A program made the translations under genes and the position numbers. The notes under the pieces are model-generated. The model did no database searches. It saw only the letters and a program-made list of their open reading frames with translations, and was not told the DNA's origin. Below, piece by piece: positions 19,896-28,153 of a stretch of 64,000 nt of DNA (position 1 is its first letter; the number at the start of each line of letters is the position of its first letter). The DNA is from an uncultured Gemmatimonadales bacterium (GTDB lineage Bacteria; Gemmatimonadota; Gemmatimonadetes; Gemmatimonadales; GWC2-71-9). The stretch covers positions 224,001 through 288,000 of the forward strand of contig CAVYSW010000009.1 in assembly GCA_963771275.1 (NCBI GenBank). Reading direction: 5' to 3'.

Positions 19896-21416
19896 ATGCT
19901 GCGCCGCCTCACGATCGTTGGTCTCGTTGCGCTCACCCCGGCCGGTGTGGCGGCCCAGGGCGACGGCGTGGCGGCCGCCCGCGCCTGGCGCCAGGCGCAC
20001 GGCGCCGACGTGCTGCGCAGCTTCGCGGACCTGCTGGCCATGCCCAACGTGGCCAGCGACGCGGTGGGGATCCGGCGCAACGCCACCGCCCTGCGCGAGG
20101 CCTTGACGCGGCGCGGCGTGCGGGCCGAGCTGCTCACCGTGCCCGGGGCTCCGCCCATCGTGTACGGCCGGGTCACCGTCGCCGGCGCGCGGCGCACCAT
20201 CGCGCTCTACGCCCACTACGACGGCCAGCCGGCCGACTCGACACGGTGGCGCGAGAATCCCTGGACCCCCACCCTGTACACCCGCGCCGTCGAAGCGGGC
20301 GGCACCCCCCGGCCGTTTCCCGGCCCCGGTGAGGAGATCGATCCGGAGTGGCGCCTGTATGCCCGGTCGGCGGGCGACGACAAGGCGCCGATTGGGGCGG
20401 TGCTCGCGGTGCTCGACGCGTTCCGCGCCGGGAACGTCACCCCGACCTCGAATCTCGTGTTCTTCTTCGAGGGCGAAGAGGAGGCAGGCTCCCCACACCT
20501 GGGCGAGTACCTGCGCACTTACCGCGACCGGATTGCGGACGTCGGCATCTGGCTGTTCCTCGACGGGCCGGTGCACCAGAGCGGTCGCCCGCTGATCGCG
20601 TTCGGCGCGCGCGGCGTCGCGACGCTCGAGATCACGCTGTACGGCGCCAACCGGTCGCTCCACAGCGGGCACTACGGCAACTGGGCCCCGGACCCCGGCG
20701 GGATGCTCGCCCGGCTGCTCGCCGCGATGAAGAACGACAGCGGTCGGGTGCTGATTCCCGGGTTCTACGAGACGACGGAACCGATCAGCGAGGCGGAGCG
20801 CGACGCGCTCCGCCGCCTGCCGGACTACGACGCCGCGCTCAAGCGCGAGCTGGGCCTGGCGCGCACCGAGGGCGAGCCGGCGTCCCTGGCCGAGCGCCTG
20901 CTGCTGCCGTCGCTCACGGTCCAGGGGCTGCGCAGCGCCGACGTAGGGCGGCTGGCGGCCAACGTCATCCCGGCGACCGCGACGGCGAGCCTGGGCATCC
21001 GCCTGGTCAGGGGGAATGACCCGGCGCACATGCTCGATCTCGTCGAGACGTACGTCCGGAGCCAGGGCTACCACATCGTGCGGGACGACCCCGACCAGGC
21101 CACGCGGCTGCGCTATCCCCGCATCGCCAGGGTCGTGCGCGAGCAGGGCTACCCCGCGGCGCGCGCTCCGATGGACGCGCCGGCCGTGCGGGACGTGGTG
21201 GCCGCCGCGCGCCGCGTCGCGGGCGAGGATCTCGTGCTGCTGCCCACGATGGGCGGCTCGCTCCCGCTCTACCTGTTTACCGGTGGCGGGGCCCAGGTGC
21301 TGGTCGTCCCGGTCGCCAACTACGACGACAACCAGCACGCCGCCGACGAGAACCTGCGGATCGGGAACCTGTGGTACGCGATCGACGTGTTCGGCGCGCT
21401 CCTCACGATGCCCTGA
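19896..21416 (+). CDS. M20/M25/M40 metallo-hydrolase
   Basis: Signal peptide; YAHYDGQP, RSAGDDK, EGEEEAGS, HSGHYG, NQHAADEN. Confidence 0.9.
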   Translation: MLRRLTIVGLVALTPAGVAAQGDGVAAARAWRQAHGADVLRSFADLLAMPNVASDAVGIRRNATALREALTRRGVRAELLTVPGAPPIVYGRVTVAGARRTIALYAHYDGQPADSTRWRENPWTPTLYTRAVEAGGTPRPFPGPGEEIDPEWRLYARSAGDDKAPIGAVLAVLDAFRAGNVTPTSNLVFFFEGEEEAGSPHLGEYLRTYRDRIADVGIWLFLDGPVHQSGRPLIAFGARGVATLEITLYGANRSLHSGHYGNWAPDPGGMLARLLAAMKNDSGRVLIPGFYETTEPISEAERDALRRLPDYDAALKRELGLARTEGEPASLAERLLLPSLTVQGLRSADVGRLAANVIPATATASLGIRLVRGNDPAHMLDLVETYVRSQGYHIVRDDPDQATRLRYPRIARVVREQGYPAARAPMDAPAVRDVVAAARRVAGEDLVLLPTMGGSLPLYLFTGGGAQVLVVPVANYDDNQHAADENLRIGNLWYAIDVFGALLTMP

Positions 21417-21423
21417 GCGCCGC

Positions 21424-22161
21424 GTGGACCCGACCCTCGTCGTCCTGCTGTACTCGTCGCTGTCGGCCGGCACCGCCGTGCTGGGCGGCGGGCCGTTTCT
21501 GTTCGGCAGGCGTCTTCCCATCGAGCGGATCGGATGGGCTAACGCCCTCGCCGCGGGCATGATGCTGGGGGCGGCCTACGTGCTCCTCGTCGCGGGCCTG
21601 TCGCCCGCCCGCAGCGTCGTGCCGATCGCGGCGGGGACGATCCTCGGCATCGGGTTCGTGTGGTGGACGCACGCCGCCGCCGGCACCGAGGAGATGAGCC
21701 TCAATCGCCTCGACGATCCGGGCCCCACGTACGGCTACCAGGTCCTGCTCGCCAACTCGCTGCACTCGGCGTCGGAGGGGGTCGCGATCGGGACCGCGAT
21801 GGCCCTGAGCCTGCCGTTCGGGATCTTCGTGGCGCTGGCGATCGCCGCGCACAACATCCCCGAGGCCACCGTGCTGTGCGCGATTCTCACGGGGCGCCGC
21901 GTGTCCGTGGCGAACGCCGCCGGGCTCGCGGTGGCGGCCAACGTCGGTCAGATCCTGCTGGCGATCGTCACGTTCGCCATCGTGGACGCGGCACCCGCCG
22001 TGCTGCCCTGGGCGCTGGGGTTCGCCGTGGGTGCGCTGATCCAGCTCGTGATGGTGGAGCTGCTGCCGGAGTCCTACCGGCAGGCCGGACACCGGACCAT
22101 CGCCCTCGTCGCGATCGTGGCGATGGGGTTCGTCGTGCTCCTCAGCACGTTCGCGCCGTGA
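21424..22161 (+). CDS. ZIP family metal transporter (copy 1)
   Basis: AAGMML, HSASEG, HNIPEA, ELLPE; GTG start inferred. Confidence 0.82.
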   Translation: MDPTLVVLLYSSLSAGTAVLGGGPFLFGRRLPIERIGWANALAAGMMLGAAYVLLVAGLSPARSVVPIAAGTILGIGFVWWTHAAAGTEEMSLNRLDDPGPTYGYQVLLANSLHSASEGVAIGTAMALSLPFGIFVALAIAAHNIPEATVLCAILTGRRVSVANAAGLAVAANVGQILLAIVTFAIVDAAPAVLPWALGFAVGALIQLVMVELLPESYRQAGHRTIALVAIVAMGFVVLLSTFAP

Positions 22162-22889
22162 CCGCCACTCCCACCACCGTCTTTCTCGCCGCCCTCGCGA
22201 CGGCCCTGGCCACGGGGCTGGGGGCGGTGCCGTTCATCTTCCTCCGCCGGATCTCGCCGGTGGTGGTCGCGTCCGCCAACGCGATCGCCGGGGGCCTGAT
22301 GCTGGGGGCGAGCTTCGGCATCGTGGCCGAGAGCTCGCAGTTCGGGGCGTGGCAGACCCTGGGGGGGGCGCTGCTGGGCGTGCTGTTCATCGTCGGCACA
22401 CAGCGGCTGATCGGCGACCGTGAGGTCTCGTTCGGCGCGGTCCGTGGCGCCGACGCCCGCCAGATGGTGCTGATCGTCCTGGTGATGACGATTCACTCGT
22501 TCGCCGAAGGCGTGGCGGTCGGCGTGTCGTTCGGGGGCGGGGCGACACTGGCCCTGATGATCACGCTCGCCATCGCGATCCACAACATCCCCGAGGGCCT
22601 TGCCATCAGCGCCGTGCTGCGGCCGCGCGGCGTTGGCGTCCTGGCGTGCGTCGGCTGGAGCATCGTCTCGTCCCTGCCGCAGCCGCTCATGGCGGTGCCC
22701 GCGTTCCTGTTCGTCGAGACGTTCCGCAAGGCCCTGCCGTACGGACTCGGCTTCGCGGCGGGCGCCATGGTCTTCATGGTGCTCGAAGAGCTGCTTCCTG
22801 AGGCGTATGACCGCGCGCCGCGGCCACTCGTGGCCCTCCAGGTGAGCCTCACGCTGGTGGGGATGGTGCTGTTCCAGCAGTTCTTGTGA
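22158..22889 (+). CDS. ZIP family metal transporter (copy 2, GufA-like)
   Basis: ATGLGA, HSFAEG, HNIPEG, SSLPQP, GFAAGAM; GTGA overlap with copy 1. Confidence 0.88.
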   Translation: MTATPTTVFLAALATALATGLGAVPFIFLRRISPVVVASANAIAGGLMLGASFGIVAESSQFGAWQTLGGALLGVLFIVGTQRLIGDREVSFGAVRGADARQMVLIVLVMTIHSFAEGVAVGVSFGGGATLALMITLAIAIHNIPEGLAISAVLRPRGVGVLACVGWSIVSSLPQPLMAVPAFLFVETFRKALPYGLGFAAGAMVFMVLEELLPEAYDRAPRPLVALQVSLTLVGMVLFQQFL

Positions 22890-22897
22890 CCACTGCA

Positions 22898-23016
22898 GCG
22901 GCAGAAGAGGCGGAGGCGGCAGGGGATTGAACGGCCCCGGGACGACTCGGCTGCCGCATGTGCTGCGTCTGCCACATCCGCCGCCCCTGCCGCATCTGCC
23001 GTCCTCTACCGTATCT
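22898..23016. repeat. Nonamer palindromic tract upstream of efp
   Basis: GCGGCAGAA-GAGGCGGAG-GCGGCAGGG ... six CTGCCGCAT-like units. Confidence 0.7.
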
Positions 23017-23055
23017 GAGTAGATTGCCGACCCACACGGGAGGACGAAGTACGAG

Positions 23056-23619
23056 ATGTCGATTACCGCCACCAACATCCGCCGCGGCATGGCCATCATG
23101 TTCGAGGGCGAGCCGTGCCGCGTCATCGAGTTCCATCACCACACGCCCGGGAATCTGCGGGCGATGGTGCACGCCAAGCTGCGCAAGCTCAAGTCCAACG
23201 CCACCATCGAGCACCGGTTCCGGGCGGTGGACCAGGTCCAGGAGGCGAGCCTCGAGACCCACGAGCTGGAGTTCCTGTACCGGGCAGGCGACAGTTACCA
23301 TTTTATGAACATCGAGAATTACGACCAGGTCGAGATGGACGCCGAGGCCCTGGGCGACGCCGCCCCCTGGGTCACGGAAGGCATGAAGATCATCGCCGAG
23401 TTCTTCGAGGGCCGGCCGGTCGCGATCGACCTCCCGTCGTCGCTGGTTTACGAGATCGTGGAAACGGCCCCCGTCATGCGGGGCGCCACGAAGACGGCGT
23501 CCACCAAGCCGGCGAAGCTGGCGAACGGCGCGACGGTCAACATCCCCGAGTTCATCGGCACGGGCGAGAAGATCCGCGTGAACCCCAACACCGGCGAGTA
23601 CCTGGATCGCGCGAAGTAG
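23056..23619 (+). CDS. efp: Elongation factor P
   Basis: HHTPGNLR loop, YHFMN.E.Y.Q, KPA.L..G..V.IPEFI..GE.I.V. Confidence 0.93.
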   Translation: MSITATNIRRGMAIMFEGEPCRVIEFHHHTPGNLRAMVHAKLRKLKSNATIEHRFRAVDQVQEASLETHELEFLYRAGDSYHFMNIENYDQVEMDAEALGDAAPWVTEGMKIIAEFFEGRPVAIDLPSSLVYEIVETAPVMRGATKTASTKPAKLANGATVNIPEFIGTGEKIRVNPNTGEYLDRAK

Positions 23620-23637
23620 CGGAGCGGCGCGCCGAGC

Positions 23638-24522
23638 TCAGCGGGCGACCGGCAGCTCCGCGTGGCGGCTCCACTGCTGGAACGACCCGTCGTACAGCCG
23701 CACGTCGTACCCCAGTCGTCGGGCGGTGAAGTACACCACCGTGGCCTGCTGGCCGGCGTGACAGTACGGCACGACGCGCTTTCCGGGCCCGGCGCCGGCA
23801 TCACGCAGCAACTGCTCCGCGGCCGGGAGAGCGAGCAGCCGGCCGTCACGGATCAGGCGCGAGAAGGGCACGTTCTTCGCCCCGGGGATGCGGCCGGCGC
23901 GCGGCTGCGATCCCGCATCGCTGCCGTCCCAGAAGCGCGGCTCCCGGGTGTCCACCACCACGACCTGCCGGTCCTCGAGGTGCCGGGCGAGCCACGCCAG
24001 CTCGACCGTCACGGCGCGCGGGCGCGCGGTGAGCCGCCCCGGCGCCGCGGGCGCCGGGACCACGGCGGTCACCGCACCTCCGGCCGCCTGCCACGCCGCC
24101 AGGCCCCCGTCGAGAATCGACGCCCGCTCGGCGAGTCCCAGTCGGTCGAGCGTGAACCACACGCGCGTGGTCGGCGGCAGCCAATCGGCGTCCCAGTACA
24201 GCACGATCCGGGAGCCGTCGGTCACGCCGAGCGCCTGGAATGCGCGCACCAGATCCTCCACCGGCGGCAGCTCGAGGGCGAGCGTGTCCGTGCGCGTCGT
24301 GATCGCGCTGACCTGTACCAGACGGGCGCCCGGGATGTGGGCGCGCGCGTAGCCGTCCGGCGGGCCCACGTGCAGCAGCACGAGCCCGGCATCGTGGAGA
24401 TGCGCCTGGAGCCACGCGGCGTCCACGATCGCGTCGGGAAGCGCCGGTGCGGGGCGAGCAGCCGGGGGCCGGAGGGGTGGGGCCGCAACACTGAGCATCA
24501 GGGTCAGGGCGAGAGTGACCAT
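23638..24522 (-). CDS. Exported sulfurtransferase (tandem rhodanese)
   Basis: YARAHIPGA, LDGGL.AW, GRIPGA, YCHAGQQA, LYDGSFQQW. Confidence 0.88.
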   Translation of the reverse strand: MVTLALTLMLSVAAPPLRPPAARPAPALPDAIVDAAWLQAHLHDAGLVLLHVGPPDGYARAHIPGARLVQVSAITTRTDTLALELPPVEDLVRAFQALGVTDGSRIVLYWDADWLPPTTRVWFTLDRLGLAERASILDGGLAAWQAAGGAVTAVVPAPAAPGRLTARPRAVTVELAWLARHLEDRQVVVVDTREPRFWDGSDAGSQPRAGRIPGAKNVPFSRLIRDGRLLALPAAEQLLRDAGAGPGKRVVPYCHAGQQATVVYFTARRLGYDVRLYDGSFQQWSRHAELPVAR

Positions 24523-24679
24523 GGGTTCTCCAATCAACACAGGCCGTGACGGTGCCGGGGCGTTCCGCTGGACGGTAACCGTCCGGCTGCCCGCCACGCC
24601 AGGGCTCCCCGGGGCATGAAGCACCGTGGCCGCCCTCATCGGGGGCGGCCACGCGCTTGTGGGGGAACAGGAGGCCGGC

Positions 24680-25139
24680 TTACGGCGTGATCGTCGGGCC
24701 CTTGATCGTGTACAGCTGATAGTTCTTGAAGTTGCCCTTCTGATCGGGCCACTCCGTGTTGCCCTTCGAGCCACTGCCCAGGGTCACGGCCAGGTAGAAT
24801 CCCACCTGATCGCCGAACCCCCGCTGGAAGTCGCGCGCCGCGTCGCCGCTCTTGAGCGGGTGCTTGATCTCGTAGACGAACTTCCCGGTCGCGGCGTTGT
24901 ACGCCGCGGCACCCACGCCGTCCTTCATGCCGCCCGCCGAGGTATCGTCCGGGCCGCAGTCCGACTGCTTGCTGCCGACGCACGCCTGGCTCAGGAACCG
25001 ATCGCGGAACAGCCAGGTGCCGGTGGAGATCTTGGCGAGGCTGAGGATGTCGTCGTCCGCGGACTCGCCTCCAGGCGGCGTGTTGTCGAACTCGGGTGGC
25101 GTCGCACCGGCGCCACCCGCGAAAGGCACCTTGCTCCAT
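24680..25139 (-). pseudogene. Probable N-terminally truncated exported-protein gene (DOMON/CBM9-like C-terminus)
   Basis: Coding-like region (EFDN..DDIL, YEIKHPL.SGD) without a convincing start; the ATG at 25139 after cstA is in a different frame. Confidence 0.4.
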
Positions 25140-25156
25140 GACCTGCCGTTCCCCGC

Positions 25157-27202
25157 TCAGTCGCCCACCGCCCACGCGCTGCGCACGTACGGCGCCTCGT
25201 GCACCGCCGCCGCCCGCCGCTTGGTGAAGACCGCGTGCCACTCGCGCGCCGCGGCGAGCAGCACGAGGATCACCACCGCCATGAATGCCAGGGCGAGCCC
25301 GGCGTCGACGTAATCGTTCACGATCAGCCGCGTCGCGTCGGCGTTGGCGCTTCCGGCCAGCGAGCGCGCGTGCGCGAGGAAGCCGAGCCGGGGGCTCGGC
25401 GCGAACACCTTGGCGATCCCCGCGGACATCGTGACGATGACCAGCCACACCAGCGGCAGGGCCGTGATCCAGACGTAGCGGGCCTTCCCCATCTTGATGA
25501 AGATCGTGGTCGCCACGGTGAGCGCGATCGCCGCGAGCAGCTGGTTCGAGATGCCGAACAGCGGCCACAGCGAGTTGATCCCGCCCAGCGGGTCGAGCAC
25601 CCCCTGGACGAGGAAGTACCCCCATGCGGCCGACACGACGGCGCTGGCGAAGATGTTGGCCGGGTACGACGACGTGACGCCGAGCTTCGGCACCAGCTGG
25701 CCGCCGAGCTCCTGGAGCATGAAGCGTCCCACCCGCGTCCCGGCGTCGATCGTGGTGAGGATGAACAGCGCCTCGAACATGATCGCGAAATGGTACCACA
25801 GCCCCATCAGGGCGCCCGCCCCCAAATGGCTCGTCAGGTTCGAGAAGATGTGCGCCATCCCCACGGCCAGCGAGGGTGCCCCGCCGGTGCGCGACAGCAG
25901 CGAGTGCTCGCCCACGGCCGCCGTGATGCGATGGAACTCGTCGGGTGACAGCGTGAATCCCCAGCTGCCGATCGTCTGGGCCGCCTGCTCCACCGTGCTG
26001 CCGATGATGCCGGCCGGCGAGTTGATCGCGAAGTAGACACCCGGGTCGAGCACCGCGGCGGCGCACATCGCCATCACGCCGACGAACGACTCGGTGAGCA
26101 TCCCGCCGTAGCCGATGAACGGCATGTCACCCTCCCGCCGGATCATCTTGGGCGTCGTGCCGGACGCCACGAGCGCGTGGAATCCGCTGATCGCCCCGCA
26201 GGCAATGGTGATGAACGCGAACGGGAACACTTTCCCCGCGAAGATCGGCCCCGTGCCGTCCACGAACTGCGTGACGGCCGGCAGCCGGAGCGGCGGCAGC
26301 ACGATCAGGATCGCGATGCCGAGCGCGCCGATCGTCCCGAGCTTCATGAACGTCGAGAGGTAGTCGCGCGGCGCCAGCAGCAGCCAGACCGGCAGCACCG
26401 ACGCGATGAAGCCGTAGCCGATGACGAGATAGGCGAGCGTCGTCGCCTTGAAGGTGAACAGGTTGGCGAGGACCGGATGCTCGGCCACCAGCTTGCCGCC
26501 GTACAGGGCGAGCAGCAGGAGCGCCACGCCGCCGATCGTCGCCTCGACCGTCTTGCCCTTCCGGAACACGTTCATCCACCAGCCCATGGCGATCGCGATC
26601 GGGATGGTGCAGGCGATGGTGAACGTGCCCCACGGGCTCTCGGCGAGCGCGCGGACCACCACGAGGGCGAGCACCGCCAGCAGGATCACCATGATGGCGA
26701 GAATCGCGATCATGGCCGCCGTGCCCGTCACGCGGTTCACTTCCTCCTTCGCCATCTGGCCCAGCGACTTGCCGTCCCGCCGCACCGAGGCGAACAGAAT
26801 CACGAAGTCCTGCACCGCGCCCGCGAGCACGACACCGATGATCAGCCAGAGGGTTCCCGGCAGATAGCCGAATTGCGCCGCGAGGACGGGCCCCACGAGC
26901 GGGCCCGCGCCCGCGATGGCGGCGAAGTGGTGCCCGTACAGGACCCACCGGTTGGTCGGCACGAAGTCGCGCCCGTTCTCGAGCCGCTCGGCGGGGGTGG
27001 CGCGCGTGTCGTCCAGCGCCATCACCTTGCGGGCGATGTACCGGGCGTAGAACCGGTAGGCGACGGCATACGTGCAGAGCGCCGCCACGACGAGCCACCC
27101 GGCGTTGATCGTCTCGCCGCGGTGCAGCGCGAGCACGCCGAGGGCGCCGGTCCCGGCCGCCGCGACGAGGCCCCATATTAGGACCTTCAAGGTGGTGCGC
27201 AT
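25157..27202 (-). CDS. cstA: Carbon starvation protein A (peptide/pyruvate transporter)
   Basis: GHHFAAIAGAGPLVGP, LAPRDYLS, ACGAISGFH, LWPLFGISNQLLA. Confidence 0.93.
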   Translation of the reverse strand: MRTTLKVLIWGLVAAAGTGALGVLALHRGETINAGWLVVAALCTYAVAYRFYARYIARKVMALDDTRATPAERLENGRDFVPTNRWVLYGHHFAAIAGAGPLVGPVLAAQFGYLPGTLWLIIGVVLAGAVQDFVILFASVRRDGKSLGQMAKEEVNRVTGTAAMIAILAIMVILLAVLALVVVRALAESPWGTFTIACTIPIAIAMGWWMNVFRKGKTVEATIGGVALLLLALYGGKLVAEHPVLANLFTFKATTLAYLVIGYGFIASVLPVWLLLAPRDYLSTFMKLGTIGALGIAILIVLPPLRLPAVTQFVDGTGPIFAGKVFPFAFITIACGAISGFHALVASGTTPKMIRREGDMPFIGYGGMLTESFVGVMAMCAAAVLDPGVYFAINSPAGIIGSTVEQAAQTIGSWGFTLSPDEFHRITAAVGEHSLLSRTGGAPSLAVGMAHIFSNLTSHLGAGALMGLWYHFAIMFEALFILTTIDAGTRVGRFMLQELGGQLVPKLGVTSSYPANIFASAVVSAAWGYFLVQGVLDPLGGINSLWPLFGISNQLLAAIALTVATTIFIKMGKARYVWITALPLVWLVIVTMSAGIAKVFAPSPRLGFLAHARSLAGSANADATRLIVNDYVDAGLALAFMAVVILVLLAAAREWHAVFTKRRAAAVHEAPYVRSAWAVGD

Positions 27203-27253
27203 GGGGGGCATATCTACCAACTCCCCCCGCAGACGCAAGGTTGGGGGGCCGGC

Positions 27254-28003
27254 ATGCGATTCATGAACAAGGTCGTGCTGATCACCGGCGGCACCCGGGG
27301 CGTCGGGCTGGCCACCGCCCGGGCATTCGCCCAGGAGGGTGCCAGCGTCGTGATCACGGGGCTCGACGCGGCACGCGGCCGCGAGGCGGCGGGCATGGTC
27401 CTCCGAGCCACGTTCATGGAGGGCGACGTCCGGGTCGCGGCCGACTGCGGCCGCGTGGTTGCAGACACCACGAAGCGACTCGGACGACTCGACGTGCTCG
27501 TCAACAACGCGGGCGTGATCTATCGCAACCGCACGGTCGAGCAGACGACCGACGACGAGTGGGACACGACGTTCGCGACCAACGTGAAGGGCGCGTTCTT
27601 CATGAGCCGGAGCGCCCTGCCCGCCCTGCGCGCGACCACGGGCAACATCGTGAGTGTCGCGTCATACGCCGGCCTTGTGGGATTCGCGGGGGCGGCGGCC
27701 TACGCGGCGTCCAAGGCCGCCCTGGTGAACCTCACGCGCACGATGGCGCTCGACCACGCGGGCGAGGGCATCCGCGTCAACTGCGTATGTCCGGGGAGCG
27801 TCGAGACCGACATGATCTACCAGGCCTGGCAGGCGTTTCCCGACCCGGAGGCGGCGCGGCACCGGTGGGAGGAGAAGCACCCGCTCGGCCGGATCGCCAC
27901 CCCCGACGAGGTCGCCAAGGGGATCCTGTTCCTCGCGTCGGACGACGCGGCGTTCATCACCGGCGTCGCCCTGCCGGTGGATGGAGGGATCACGGCGGCC
28001 TGA
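27254..28003 (+). CDS. SDR family oxidoreductase
   Basis: TGGTRGVG, NNAG, YAASK, PLGR motifs. Confidence 0.92.
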   Translation: MRFMNKVVLITGGTRGVGLATARAFAQEGASVVITGLDAARGREAAGMVLRATFMEGDVRVAADCGRVVADTTKRLGRLDVLVNNAGVIYRNRTVEQTTDDEWDTTFATNVKGAFFMSRSALPALRATTGNIVSVASYAGLVGFAGAAAYAASKAALVNLTRTMALDHAGEGIRVNCVCPGSVETDMIYQAWQAFPDPEAARHRWEEKHPLGRIATPDEVAKGILFLASDDAAFITGVALPVDGGITAA

Positions 28004-28021
28004 ACCGGCGCCGCGCGCGCC

Positions 28022-28051
28022 TTGACGCCGCGCGCGTCGGCGGCTTACCGT
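28022..28051 (+). promoter_or_regulatory. Sigma70-like promoter for riboswitch 1
   Basis: TTGACG-18 nt-TACCGT just upstream of the aptamer. Confidence 0.5.
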
Positions 28052-28068
28052 TCGCCAAGTCGCAGTCA

Positions 28069-28148
28069 GGCGATGGAGTTCGCCGTACAACCGCCGCCAT
28101 GCCGAAGGCGGCTGATGACTCCTGTCACCCTTTGGGTCGGCAGGAGTT
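28069..28148 (+). ncRNA. Fluoride (crcB) riboswitch 1, translational ON switch
   Basis: GGCGATGGAGTTCGCC...AACCGCC...GGCTGATGACTCCTGT; aptamer 3' ACTCCTG can pair with CAGGAGT, which holds the SD of ATG 28154. Confidence 0.92.
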
Positions 28149-28153
28149 CTTGC

